A DNA stretch of 64,000 bases. Source: Amoeboaphelidium protococcarum X5 (Eukaryota > Fungi > Aphelidiomycota). The notes under the pieces were generated by a model. It was not told the origin of the DNA, did not search any database, and worked only from the letters and a program-made list of their open reading frames with translations. Location of the stretch: assembly GCA_023515725.1 (NCBI GenBank), contig JALDTO010000192.1, positions 62,001 through 126,000 of the forward strand. Direction: 5' to 3'. The translations under genes and the position numbers were made by a program. Below, piece by piece: positions 37,447-51,338 of this stretch (its first letter is position 1; each line of letters opens with the position of its first letter).

Positions 37447-39863
37447 ATGCACAGTATCAATAAGGAGTTGAGTGCAGTCATGATTGCCTTGCTCTCAGGC
37501 TAGGTACTTTTAATGTTTAAAGTTCATTGTTAGCCATTACGCTTTCATTGAAAGTTTGAGTGTAGACTTTGGATGTCAGAAGAGAGTTGATTTTGGAAAA
37601 GGTTCTGAGAGATCCTTTGGTGGTTCGGTACAAGCATGACAGATTGAACATGAGTAGGCCAGGTAGAATGCACATGGCATTGCAAGTTTGCAAACGTATA
37701 GTGTAGCTGAAGTGTTAATTGCTGCTTAATAAGGATGAAGTTGCGTATTTGCTTTATCTTATTGATGACCTGTTGCCAATCTCGCTTCATTTGACTCTGG
37801 TTACAGACTTCATACAGGACCAAGCGTCTGAATAGTAGGCTAAAGCTCTTGTTCCTCATCTCGAAAGGTTTGAGTACATTGGGTGTTATGCCTAGACGGA
37901 ATTGGGTCATGGCAGTGATGTTTCCGGCATTCTTACCACAGCCACTTATGTCAAGGAACGTGATTAGTTTGATATTCACTCGCCAAGTTTGGAGGCTACC
38001 AAGATGTGGGCAGGCGGTTCAGGAATTCTGGCTACGCATGCAATTCTAATGGCTCGCCTTATCGTAGACGGTAATGATTATGGAGTACATGCATTCTTCA
38101 TTCGCATTCGTGATGCCGAGAGTCATAGAGCTATGCCAGGAATATTAATTGCAGATCTCGGATCCAAGATGGGCGTTAACTCTGCAGACAATGGAGCTAT
38201 CACTTTCAATCATTACCGCGTTGGTAGAGATTGTCTGCTGATGAAGCATTGTCAGTTGGATAGAAATGGTGTTTATTCTCCTCCTAAGGATCCCAAGGCT
38301 TTGTACAGTGGAATGACTTTGTTGAGAACTTACTTTCTGAACTACTCTGCTCTTGCTTTATCGCGCGCTGTCACAATCGCGGTTAGATACGCTCATGTAA
38401 GAAAACAATTTAAAGATATTAACAGTGTAGAGGTCCCTTTGATTTAGCACCAAAGTATTTAGTACCGTCTAATTCCTGCAGTGGCTTTAACTTATGCAAT
38501 TGCATTTGCATCTTTCAATTTGAATGTTCGAATGAAGTAGTTGTAATTGGGTGGATCTAAAGATAGTCTGAAGGCTTATCACATTTAATGTTGTACGTTG
38601 AAGGTGCTGTCTACGGCCGAAAGTGCTAAATCTATTGAAGTGTGTAGAATGGCTTGTGGTGGTAATGGCTACCTGAACTGCTCGGGATTTGCAGAGAATT
38701 ACAATTCTTTTGTTCATATGCTTACTGCCGAAGGGGAGAATCATGTCCTGAGCCTACAAGTTGGTAATAGTGCATTGAAATCAGTGGCCTAGGTTGTGTC
38801 AGGCTCCAAGATTGATAATGCAGACTTTGAGTTCCTTCGCAAGCACTATAAGAATGAATTTTTGGTCACTTCAATCGATGATGCACAGTCAATCGTTGCC
38901 GTGTTTGAACACAGAGCTGCACTGATGGCCTTCAAGTTGTATGATTTAGTCTAGCAGATGGTTGCCAGTGGATTATCATAAATCGAGGCAGTTGGTCGTT
39001 TACAATCGGATATGTACAAGTTCACCTTTGCACTCGGCTAGTATCGTTTGATTGAAAGCTTTAAAACTGCGCTGGATGGTCCCTTACCTAAATTGCCTTC
39101 GTTTAAATACGGAAAGCAGTCGGCGTTCAATTTGATGAAGAAGCCTTTGAGCCAGTTGAATGGTAATGTGGCAAGTGCTTTGAATGTGTTATTCAAATGT
39201 TATGCGTTCTATTTAATAAACGAGAACACTATGGACTTTGTCGAATGTGGTTCGCTGAATGCATCAAAGCTGAAGCAAGTTCGTACGTAGCTGTTGTATC
39301 AGAAAGAGTCGTTACTGCAATCTGTTGTTCCATACTTGCCGATGCTGGTCGACTCTCTTGCTGTTCCAGACTTTGTTGTAAATTCTGCTATTGGTCACTC
39401 TGATGGTAAAGTTTACGAGCGTGTTTGGGACAGTATCGTGTTTAGTGGTGTCAATACTTAGAATTCCTTGTTGAACCCTCCTAATTTACAGAAACATGCC
39501 AAGAGTCTAACTGATGTTGTACCTGATGGGAATCTGAATAAAATATTCAACAGAGAGATTTATGAGAATTTGAGTGCTTTGTAGATCTCTGCCTCATCTG
39601 CTGCCCATCAGAGCCGTGCACCCGGTAGAATTATGAGAAATATTGAGGCAAGATCGGATGGGAAGGTGGCAATGTCCTCACTGTACAGCGAGTTGGGAGA
39701 CGGTCAAGATCATGATTAGGAAACTGAGACAGAGAAACAATCTGCCGAGAATGTACGTTAGTGGATTGAGACGCATGCGCTAGTCATCAAGCCTTTGGTA
39801 TCTGGAGCCGTTTTTGCTGAAGCTCAAGGTGACTCTGGCATGAAGCCCAAGTCCAATTTGTGA
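37447..39863 (+). CDS. Peroxisomal acyl-CoA oxidase; intron 37504-37565
   Basis: GCYAQTELGHGS, KMWAGG, KMGVNSADNG, TIAVRYAHVRKQF, CRMACGGNGY, TAEGENHVL; PTS1-like C-terminal KSNL. Confidence 0.93.
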
Positions 39864-40107
39864 ATGTTGATCTATTTGACTTTTACCTTAATATGTATCG
39901 ACGCGTCTATGAAAGTTATATTTCCCGTTTCACTTTCGGTTTCAACAACATTGGTCGCGCCGGGACGCGTTCTGAAACGTTGACCAATTGACGCCGCTTA
40001 CATTAGAATGGCTCTGCACACTTCGCTCTACTCTACCTTTACATTTTAAATATTTTATTTATTTTTGGTATTCTGTTCACATTCAATTTTTGTAATATTT
40101 TAGGAAA

Positions 40108-40554
40108 ATGACTACTGACGAGTAAACTAATGCTGGTTAGCAGCCTCAGAATCAGACTTCGTTGAAACGCTCTCTGGAGGATGGTCCATCTGCTGTTACT
40201 CCTGCCTATACCACCACCACAACAATTCTCAATTTGAATGATATTGAAGATGAAGAGAATGACATGGATTACCGTGAAGGCTTGAGTTCCGTCGTTGAGT
40301 AGCCAGAAGATGTCCAAACGTCTCAAGTTCTGCAAGATGGTGACGACGACAATGAGGAGGAGGATGACGATGAAGAGGAGGACTATGATATGATGGACGA
40401 AGAACTGGATCCAGAGGAGTATGCAAACTTGGTCAAGGAGGCTGAAATTGATTTGAATGATTTGGAAACTCGCTCTCTGCGTACTGGCAAGAGAATTCCA
40501 CTAAGTTATGAGTCCAGTTTGGATGAATAACGCGCAATTTAGCCTGAACAATGA
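40108..40554 (+). CDS. Small acidic hypothetical protein (possible histone chaperone)
   Basis: 148-aa ORF with a D/E-rich tract followed by RSLRTGKRI. Confidence 0.55.
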
Positions 40555-40621
40555 TCAAACTGACACGAAAGTAAGATGTGTGGAACTTGATCTATCTATA
40601 TTCTATCAATCTATATTTGAC

Positions 40622-42063
40622 TCAACTTTCCAATTTTTTCTTTATATTTCGCTGAATACTTTCCAAATATTTAGAGTTGTTGCGCAAATCAACATTGCTG
40701 GTGAGGCCTTTATCGCGCAAAAGCCAGCCAATTTCAGTCTACATGTCAGTCTTGGCTCTCTTCAACTACAAAACTTCTTGCTTTAACCTATCTTGAATAG
40801 CTTCAGATTCACTTCTCACAGCATTTAATTCAGCTAAATGCCTTTGAAGTATCTCCTCCAATTCACCCCTTTGTTCGCGTTATACAGCACTGAGCTAACT
40901 CTGAAGATGGACAACTTCGCGTTAGAGACGATCATTCTACGCACTCAACTACTTCACAGCCTATTCAGCTTCTTCGCGATTAAATAAAGCATCTCTTAGG
41001 GCGGATTAAAGTGAATTAAACTTGTGATCAACAGAGTCGAAATCCTCTTTGTACCTCCTTACCAGCTTCTAGTGAGCTTCAACGAGATCAGAAAGATCAG
41101 CTTTCAACTTCCGGCTCTCTTTTACTTCCAAAGCCAAGTCTCTCTTCAATTTCCTAATGCTAGCCAGTAATAGGCGATCATTGTCCACAATAATCTCGTT
41201 GTTATTATGACGATCATGATAATTATTTAGCCACTGCAAGATATTCATCTCCTGACAACATTACTCGAATTCTTCAGTTTTATTTCTAGACGCGTCGAAC
41301 CATTACTTCATCTTGTGATAGCTCTCTCGCATCGTTTGATCAGACTCCATAACCTCCTTGTGCTATTTCTCCAACGCCTGAATCTAATTACTCAGTTTCA
41401 TAGCTTTGGCTTACTCTGCTTTCAATTAGATACTCACATCATGATTGATTTCCTTTTATTTAGACAATTGAGAGTTGAGATCGCGGATGGCATCAGATTC
41501 TGCCACCATATTCTGCTTCTCCATCTGTTTCAACTTGGCCTCCAGTTCGAAAGATTTTCTGATCAATAGCTCGTTGGCCCGTTAATTTTCCATTAAAAGT
41601 GTGTTCTCTTCAAGCAAAATATCAACCTTCTTGCGCATAACTACCTCATTATTCTATCTCTTCTTCAGTTCTTCATTCTCCCTTTATAGATCATTCATTT
41701 TGTCTTGTACACGTTACATTTGGGACTCAAACTTCTTCATCACTTCTCGCTGATACTCCAGTCTCTCATCGTAACCGTGTATCAATGGAATCAAGATCTT
41801 ATCAAGTTCTTGGTTTCTATAACCTCTCTAAATCAGTTCTATATCATGTTCAATCTAAATCTATGGCTCATGTGGATATCTCATTTGATAAAACTGAGTC
41901 AATGCGGCATATCTGGCAACTACAACAATTGTTACTCGTTACATCAATATCTCATCTAAACGTTAGAACACTTACGGCTTTGCTTCAACACACACATTGA
42001 CTTTGGACTGTCTCCTTAATTGTTATCTGCCTTTACGTCTTGAACAGCCGCTGCTGATATCAT
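40622..42063 (-). CDS. Coiled-coil protein (possibly centrosomal); intron 41920-41975
   Basis: Long heptad-rich ORF containing ILIPLIHGYDERL; a GTAAGT...TGTAG intron restores the frame. Confidence 0.65.
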
Positions 42064-42288
42064 TATTAGAAAAATCTTATGGTGCGATCTATTAAAGTTT
42101 GTTCAGTTTAAAAGATTTAACTCTGGCTGAATGGAGGGAGCATCCTTCAAGCAGAAGTGTCTCTTGGCAACCGTAATCAAGATGGAGATCTAAACCAAAA
42201 TTTTCCCTTTCAATGAACGTGTTAAAGGCATGGTAAAAGTATATATAAAAAAATATGAATTATAGAATTCTATATATCACCTGCTGAA

Positions 42289-44061
42289 TCAATTTTTAGT
42301 CAAAGCAACTCCATCGGCTGAGCCATTGACAGCATTACCCCCAGTGGCACCAGCAGGTCTGGTAGTTGGCTTCAAACTCACTTTGTAATCCAACTTGTTC
42401 GTCACCAACTGCCACATCATTGCATTGATACCTGGAATCAAGTAATAAGCAAAGAGACAGAACGGAAGACCGGCCCAGTCAATAATCTGATACCACTTTC
42501 TGAATGCAACCCGACTCTGAGCGAATTCGTCAATCGGGTCATGGTGATCAACGTCTCTAATCATCAGATCGCCTTCATGCGCGAATCGATCGCTATTATC
42601 GCTGGCACAATTCTTCAGAGGTGAAGCCAGTTCAACGGAATTGGCCAAAGACTCTTGGCTCATCTTATCCTTGACCATCTTCAGGATAGAGGCGCGATAG
42701 TGACATGCCAAATAGTGATATCTCTCATAAGCGAAAGCCACAATAATGGCTGGTGGAATTAACGCCAAATTGATATAAGTAACATACTCAATAACAAAAG
42801 AACCAATACCAACCATCGACTGAGGGAATATAATCTGCGCAGTCAGATGGTAGAAACCAAAGTAAGGCTGGAAGAAGATCTCAAACAGCAGGTAGACACA
42901 CAGAAACGATCTCAGAGGAGACTTGTACCAGCAACCTTCAATGATGATACTGGAGAAGGCGTAACCAAAATCCAAAGCTCCCCACAAGTGTCTCAAACTT
43001 TACTGGAAACGCGCGTTAACACTACCCAGATAAGTATCAGCTTGAACACAGGAACAACTGGCAGGAACATAGATAGGAGTTGCAATCAGATTCATGCCCA
43101 GCTTGGTCCAACACTTCAGAGCCATGTGCATATCTTCACCGATAGCCTCTGGACCGGCATCCCAAAAGCCAACACGTTCAGCCAACTGCATAGTGATGGT
43201 GTACACTGAGCACGGAAACTTGACCACCAACTGGAAATTACTCATCAAACCGATAGACCAACAGATATCCGCAAGTCTTACCACAAATGGCACGTCATTC
43301 GCATTACGGTCAAAAATCAGAGTAGGTGCAAACAGCATACGCTTCTACTCATCCTCAGTGGCAATGCAATACTTGTACGTAAGACAATCAAAGTATTTTG
43401 AGGTCAAATGAGTATCAGCATCCATGACGGTGATCACTTCATTCTTGGAATCATTGGCCAACATCCAATTCTGATGATAGTATGTGGCAGCCCATGCAAC
43501 ATTGGAACTCTTACCACGAGCTTCACCCGCAATTCCAGATGGATGCACAGTGTACTTCATGTCGAAAAAGCGATGACCAAATTCCTTAATCAAGCCTTCA
43601 GCCTTCTCTTCGCATCCCTTCTCGCCCTGCTCCATGGCCATGATGACTTTATAACAGTTCTTGGCCTGATAGTGATGAGCCAGAGTGTCGAGAGTCTCGC
43701 ACAGCACATCGCGATCTTCTTTATAGTTTGGTATAATGATCACATGCTTCACAGCAGATGGCTTGACATCAATCTCTCTCTCACCTTCCCAGCTGGCAAC
43801 GACATCCCTATACTTGGCCATCCAGTCGAGATCAATGTGTTTTCTAGTCTTAATAGCGGTAATCACCAGACCGACAGCCAGGCGGACAGCGTTAGTCACC
43901 AGACACAATTTGAGCAGAGCTACCACCACCCAATATAGACCAGTGAGGTATAGCGGACCAAGGAAGAGCAGTAATGCTCCCAGAATGAACACTACACCGG
44001 GTATTCTCTACGACACAGCCCTCAAGGCTTACTAGAGCTGCAAATTTAGACTCTTTGGCAT
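42289..44061 (-). CDS. Membrane-bound family 2 glycosyltransferase
   Basis: IIPNYKE, GKSSNV, TVMDADT (DxD), IGEDMH, QSLRHLWG and several TM helices; 590 aa. Confidence 0.88.
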
Positions 44062-45014
44062 TACGATTTTTACAACAGATTCTTCTTATAATGGACTGCA
44101 AATTATTAAATACAAATGCAAAAACGATTACGGTGAGGATATATAGAGCTAGCTTCTTGATCAATAATGATGATGATGCAGCAGCAATTTATCCTATTTC
44201 GGAAGAGAAAGTTTATTGTTTACTTGGCACGAAGATCAGTCTCTAAGGAATCGTCCAGTGGATAGTAATAGCAGTGTTTATAGATCAAGACAGCACTGGC
44301 GATAACAACGAGTAGATATGAATATAGAAATTCTAACTCTAATACTACCAACAGCAATGTGCAGTGATGAACAATAAAAACTGATCAATAAACACGGTGT
44401 GTAACTGCAAAGATTAAAGTCCGACGCCGCCAACTTTGAGGGCGTGTGGCACTGATTTTGCACAGCGATTCGAAAAAATACTCCTGAAAATGTGGTCTTT
44501 GCTCCCGCTGACTCCTGATCATGATTTTTGATTTGAGGCTTACGACTCTATGTGGCTTATGATTGGTCATTTCAAGGCGACGACTGCGTGACTTTTGTAT
44601 AGATTATGTGGTGGCTTCAATCACGAGTCAAGTGGTCCAATTCGTGATTTCAAAGTTGACCTGTTTAAATGCTCCAAGTTTACAGCTTTGTTGAGCATAA
44701 GACTTTCTACAACTATCAAAGATGCGCATCTTTCATTTCTTTTCATTTGAATTTTTCATTTGTGCAGCGTATGAGAGGCTATAGTGAGAAAATACATATG
44801 TGGTCAAAATAAAGATTGTTATACTGCTATGTAATGATGATATTCTGGATAAAACTTGACTACGCTCTTATAAAACATATTTTCACTTCATTATCAAGTT
44901 AATACTCATTCTTGCATGGAACAGATAAGATTATCACGAAGATCACACGGTGCCGCCTGGTAGAATGATCGCGAACAATTGTTTCAGTCGAATCACACTG
45001 AGTGGAATCAACGC

Positions 45015-45051
45015 GAAAGTTCTCGAATGATAATATGATCACACTATAAAA
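45015..45051 (+). promoter_or_regulatory. Heat-shock element plus TATA box of Hsp20 copy B
   Basis: GAA-AG-TTC-TC-GAA (45015-45027) is a perfect 3-unit HSE; TATAAAA at 45045-45051; ATG at 45141. Confidence 0.75.
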
Positions 45052-45140
45052 CGGCCAACTACACCCTCTCACTCTTTATCCTCATCAAGAACTGTAACAA
45101 GTAAAAGCGAATTAAAAGAAAAGTATAAACAAGAATAAAG

Positions 45141-45587
45141 ATGAGCCTATTCTTTGATGATGAATTTGTGTTCAATCGCCTGAATCAAATGCTGCAAACG
45201 TTTGAAAAGAGTGCAGAGGGTGGCAGAGATGAACGTGCTCTGGTGCCTTCTATATACAAGACTGCATTCCCTATCGATGTAATTGAACGTGATAATGACT
45301 ACGTGGTGTAATCTGAACTGGCTGGTATCCCAAAGGAGGCTATCTAGATTGAACTGGCTAATAATAAGTTGAGAATCTTTGGTGAGAACACGCAGAGTAA
45401 GGATGAACAACAAGGCAAGTGGCACGTACAAGAACGCTCTTATGGAAAGTTTGAACGCACGCTGATGGTGCCAAAGAACGCGGATGTTGATAACATCTCT
45501 GCCAATTATGAGAATGGCGTCTTGGAGGTGAAGATTCCAAAGAGAGCCGAGGCACTGCCAAGTAAGAAGACTATTGCAATTAATTGA
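45141..45587 (+). CDS. Small heat-shock protein (Hsp20), copy B
   Basis: Alpha-crystallin domain; 3' half nearly identical to copy A. Confidence 0.95.
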
Positions 45588-45727
45588 TTTTATGAACTGT
45601 ACAAATGAATTGAAATTTTATAATCACTCCATCGCATCTTGTTTCATTACAAAGTTTCTCTTTCTTTTTCTACCGCAATACATTTAGTCTTTGTGAACTC
45701 AAACCCAATCTGTGTCCATTTACTAAT

Positions 45728-47155
45728 ATGAAGCTGATATCCATTTCGCTGTTGTTAATCTGCTATATTTTTACATTAGCTGCCTCTCAAGACAATGAAT
45801 AACTGGTCTTTGTCGATTCTTCTAATGAGAACAGTAAAGAGTTACAAGTGCAGTCAGCTGTGAGAGCTTTCTATGCCGACTCTTTTAGTCAGAACGAAGC
45901 AAAACACTCCAACAATTGGGCTGTGCTGGTATGTACATCAAGATTCTGGTTCAACTATCGACACATTGCGAATACTCTATCATTCTATCGCACGGTGAAG
46001 AGGCTTGGTATTCCAGACTCTCATATCATTCTAATGCTCGCCGATGATGTTGCCTGCAATGCTCGTAATAAATACCCAGGAACGATATACAATAATGCTG
46101 ATCGTAGACTTGATTTGTATGGCGAGGATGTTGAAGTTGATTATAGAGGCTATGAAGTGACGGTTGAGAACTTTTTGCGTGTCCTCACGGGCCGGCATGA
46201 GTAGAATGTTCCTAAATCTAAAAGGCTAATGTCTGACGATAAGAGTAATGTTCTTGTGTACATGACCGGACATGGTGGAGATGAATTTCTAAAGTTTCAA
46301 GATAATGAAGAAATCAGCTCATGGGATATTGCAGATGCATTCCATCAGATGAATGAGAAGAGGCGATATAAGGAGATTTTGTTCATGATAGATACGTGCC
46401 AGGCTAATACTTTGTATTTCCGCTTCTACTCGCCTAAGGTTATGGCCGCAGGTAGTAGTAAGAAGAAGGAGAACTCTTATAGTCATCATACCTCACATGA
46501 TTTAGGTGTGGCAGTCATTGATAGATTTACATACTATCTTTTGGATTTCATGGAGTCGCAGGTGACTTCAATGTCGAGCAAGGCTAAGCTTAATGACTTG
46601 TTCTCATCATTGAGACCTGATCTGCTTTACAGTCATTTTGGAGTTAGGACAGATCTACTATCGCGACATTAAGATTAAATGCTGATTACAGACTTTTTTG
46701 GTTACGTGTAATAATTTGAGCCTACTCACGATATATTTACGTTTGATGGCTCCGATTCTATATAAGAAGCGAATTAATAGTTTGCTATTGATCAGTTGTA
46801 TCCGACTTCTGACTATGAGAAATTAATTGGTGCATTATCTAAAGAGGATGATGATAAAGAGCTTGGTGACACTAAAGATGATCAAGATGAAGAGGACACT
46901 TTAGCATTACTGTACAAAGACGCGACTACTATTCTGTTTAATTTGAATTTAGTGGTGCGGAAATCTCTTCATCATTTTGTAAAGAAGAGTCAACTTATAT
47001 TTGAGCATCATCATTAGTCAAAGCTTTATCCAAAAAAGTAGAAGAGTCAACATTAGAAAGAGTAGTATAAGCAAGTTGGTGGAGTATGCGTGTTACTTGG
47101 TTTGATTGCTGTCCCATATCTAACAGCATTGGTGATTGACGCTAGAAACAAATGA
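45728..47155 (+). CDS. GPI8: GPI transamidase catalytic subunit Gpi8/PIG-K
   Basis: [25 protein letters not shown] and IDTCQA, with signal peptide and C-terminal TM helix. Confidence 0.96.
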
Positions 47156-47483
47156 ATCTGTAAAGTCTTTTGGTATTTGGAGCCTTGTTGCCTTATCTTT
47201 ACTTTACAGTTCTTCATTTTGTATTTGTGTCCAAGTTTTTGTGTGATATTTTGTATTAAGTGGTCAGTTGCGCTCAGTGTGACCGCTAAATGATACGTGT
47301 GACTAGTTACAATTCTGTGACCATCCAATACCTGAGAGCGTATGTTACATCCATTAGAAAATTCTGTCTATAAAAGCCTCATAATCTAATCTCACGCCTT
47401 TTCCTTAAACATATATATATATAAGCTACTCTCATTTAATTAAATAGCTATTCACTCATACATAATACAACTTAGATATTAAA

Positions 47484-47879
47484 ATGTTATTTTAGACTTA
47501 ATCATTTTACGCGTTACTGCTGGCCAGTTGTTTCACCGTGTCTATGACGGCAGCTCAAGAGCCAGGTGCTTGTGGTAATGGCACTTCCTGCGCTGAGGGC
47601 TACTGTTGCTCTGCTTACGGATTCTGTGGTCAAGGTGATTTATACTGTGGCAATGGGTGTCAAGACCTTTGGTCCGGCGCTGATTGCTATTAAAATGTAA
47701 GCCAATTGCCTGTTGACACTGAGGGTCGCTGTGGCGTCATTGATGGCATTGAATATGGCTGTTCAGCCGGCAACTGCTGCAATGAATGGGGTTACTGCGG
47801 TACTGGTGCTCTATATTGTGCTTCTACGACCTGTCAGACTCAGTACTCTGATGGATACTGTGAAGTTCCAGAGGAATGA
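47484..47879 (+). CDS. Secreted chitin-binding lectin, 2x CBM18 (hevein)
   Basis: Signal peptide plus CG..CCSAYGFCG..YCG.GC and GRCG..CCNEWGYCG..C. Confidence 0.9.
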
Positions 47880-48053
47880 TGGAATATGCTCGTGTTTTAT
47901 TACAGTAACTATAATGATGAAGTAATATAAAATTCAATATTTACCAGCCATTACTCTTCTTTATTCAAGTATCTTACAGCATCAATATTGTGATCACTGA
48001 GAACATTATTACAGATTTAACACATTTGTAATAGCTTCTTGGTCTAGTGAATC

Positions 48054-50177
48054 TCATGATAGCATGCCTAAGATAGGATCCAACTTTGATGACAGAAAAC
48101 TTGGAACATCCAGATCGATATCATATTCTTCAAGTATAGACTGGAAGTACTTTTAGTACTATGACAACTAACTCTAAACTGCGTACTTAACATCCTGCAA
48201 TGATTTAACAGACTCCATTTGCTAAATATATATCGGATTCAACACTTCCATAATCATTGATATCAATTCAACGACAACATTACCGCGCATCAAGTGACAC
48301 TCCTTTAATATCACGTTAACTCCCTACCTAAACTTGTCAATATTGTGATAACCATTCTTGGCAGTCTTCAAACTATCACTAACCAACTACTTAACAATGC
48401 TCTTGTACAATGACATATACAACACCTGAACTCCATCCATCATTGCCTCCTAAAATCTTCCTTAAAACTCATCTAATGACTGCAAACAACTCAATATCAG
48501 ATCTTTTACATTTAAAGGATAGTTTGTCACGACCATAAACTAATCCACTTGGTGTTAAATATCCCTACTCAATCTGACAGTGTACTTGGCCGCGACATCA
48601 AAATCATTCAATAGAATTACATACCCACCGAGAAGATCTCTATTTTCAACAATATACTGCACGTTCGCACCGAAATTGGATAGCACCTTATTATTGAGAC
48701 CTCTGTAGAAAGTGGAATCCAAGACAGATACCGCTATATTCACGATAGAGCATACAATGTCCGCGTTACAGCTCTGTATAGCTCTACTTATACTCTTCTT
48801 CAGGACAAAAAAGGTGGTGTCCACACAGCTGGATATATTCTCACCATGCTACTCATCTTCCACGTACTTGTCGTTAGCCACAGCCTTGTTGACACTCTAA
48901 GTGATCATAAATGACTCAAATTGAACATAGGTGATGGACATTAGCTCTTTAACACGATCGGTCAACTTGCTGTTCTTGCTGAGTAAATCATCTTTAGACA
49001 ATTAAGGATTATTCAAAAACTCAAAGCATAGATCATCGGTCTATTAGATGGCATCCTAAGCACGCATAGATTAAATCTCTTTTCCAAATGACTGCATAAA
49101 CAATCGAACCAGTACAAAATGATGTGAAAACGCGACAAGATCAGTGACGACAGACGCAACATCTTTCATATCAATATTGGCATCTTGTTATTGAGTTTGA
49201 GATTAAGACTTGAACTTGGATGATGTTTATACTCCCATGGATGACTGAATCTAAACTCGTTGTAGCAATGAATTCAAAGACTTTGAATCATTATACACAT
49301 CCAGTATACGGCATCCCTGTAGCTCCAACTCTGCTTCTAGACCTTTAAGAAGATACATGAGACCATACACGCCATAAGACTTCAGAATCACCTACTTGAA
49401 TCTAGTCAACAACTGTGCAATGTAATCAACCAGTGTTGCTACATAGCGAACAATTTTCTCAGATGATGCATCAATACCAGGCACTGGCAGATCTCTTCTC
49501 ATTGACTGGATAAGATTATTAGTCAGACACTCCATACCATGCTTCTACTAACTTATGAGAGGAAGCAATCTCCACGTCTGAGTCCATTGCGCATCTTATT
49601 TAGATTCTTGGTATCTCTGTAATCGCTGGTCAATAATCTTCTTCAGAGTGAGTGACTGACTTTGTACAAATTTCTTACACGCTTCAACATCCATCGACTC
49701 TCCGCCTATTTCAACACTCAAATCAACCGCTGTAAAGTCTGAAAATCTTTCATTGAATATTTTAATTTAATCACATGCCATTTAAAGATTAAAATCCTGC
49801 TGCTACTACATTATGTCAGCAATATCTTGTACCATTTCGACGAATAGCTCGGAATCATGAAGTGTCTTCAACTGTTGTCGAATATCCTGTGACTCTAAAT
49901 CATAATCTTTGATCTTGTTGTAAAGATTGGCGACATCGCTACTAGTTTCCTTAATGGAATCTTGTATCTAGTTAGCAGCATCCCCAGCCTGTTAGAATAA
50001 AAGTTGTTTGGTGTCTAACAATGCACGAAATTTGGAATCAATCAATTCAATCCGGGATTCTTGTAGAAGAACTTCTAACTATTGATCGATTTCAGCTTCT
50101 TTTTCAATTAAGCTTTATAGCTAAAGTCTAAGTAAATCTGGACTCTCTTAAGACTAATCAATACTATTCACAGTCAT
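48054..50177 (-). CDS. COG4: Conserved oligomeric Golgi complex subunit 4
   Basis: IKDYDLESQDIR, WRLLPLI, YVQFESFMITQSVNKAV and CVDTTFFVLKKSISRAIQS resemble COG4. Confidence 0.7.
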
Positions 50178-50951
50178 ATTTCAGAGACAACAGTATAATG
50201 TTAGAGGTTGGCAAACGATACTACTGAATGAGAGAGAGAGAGAGGAATAAACACAAAGCTTTGACTTTTCAAAAGCGCATCCTGTCAAGCTGCTGTTCCT
50301 GTGAATGTACAGTACAATAAAGTAGTTATCACAATATCTGATGAATGGGTTTGAAAGTAAATGTCTTTGCTTATTATATATGTACGATGTGAAAAACGTG
50401 TTAAAGAGCACTGTAATTTAAGGAGATAACTTGCACTGGGCTTTACTCACAGACAAAGCTCTGGTTGATATAACGCGTATCAAGTGATGAATATTACACC
50501 GCTCTATGTATAGTTATAGGACAGGATACAATGATATTTTAACTAAGCGCAAAATAGTAACGGGTATAACATTACTTATAATTCGACAGATACGGTCTAT
50601 TCGCCATACTGTAGCAATCAGCTAACTGATCAAGCTACGCGTATAAAACCAGTAATGTTAAACACATTCTATCAATTGTCTGGGAGGATCTAAACAGTAG
50701 CTACATGCTGTAATACACAACTTTCTAGGTCCTCTACTCTTCAGGCATCGTTACATTAGTGTAGTACAATGATCAGGAGGTGTGACGCGGTGTAACGTGC
50801 TGGTAAAATTTGAAACTCCTAGCCAATAAGAAGATTATACCTGTTTGCACTATAAATTCACGTTATCTTAAAGCATTTTCTTTTCTTCTAAATCAACAAA
50901 TAACAATTATAAAGTTATCTATAAACTCATATAAATCTATCTTACCTAAAA

Positions 50952-51338
50952 ATGAAGTTCGTCCTAATTCAATCTATTGCTATGATCTTTGCCGCTGGCG
51001 CGTTTGCTGAAACAACTAGCACTGACGCTGTTGGCTCGTGTGGTGTTGGAAAGCCATGTGCTAAAGGCCTCTGCTGCTCCAACTATGGATTCTGTGGCAC
51101 TGGTGAGCAGTATTGCGGTCTGGGCTGCAAGAATGATCTGTCTAATGGTCTGTGCAGCAAGAATAACGTGAAGTTGCCAATCTCCACCGATGGTCGTTGT
51201 GGTCTTCAGTCTGATGGCTCTAAGCTGCACTGTCCGCAGGGCGCGTGTTGCAGCACCAACGGCTATTGTGGCTTCACTAGTGAATTCTGCTAGGCAAGCA
51301 GCGGATGTTAGAAGGCATTTGGTGTCTGCAAGAAGTGA
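50952..51338 (+). CDS. Secreted chitin-binding lectin, 2x CBM18
   Basis: Signal peptide; CCSNYGFCG and STDGRCG...CCSTNGYCG...GCQKAFGVC. Confidence 0.92.
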
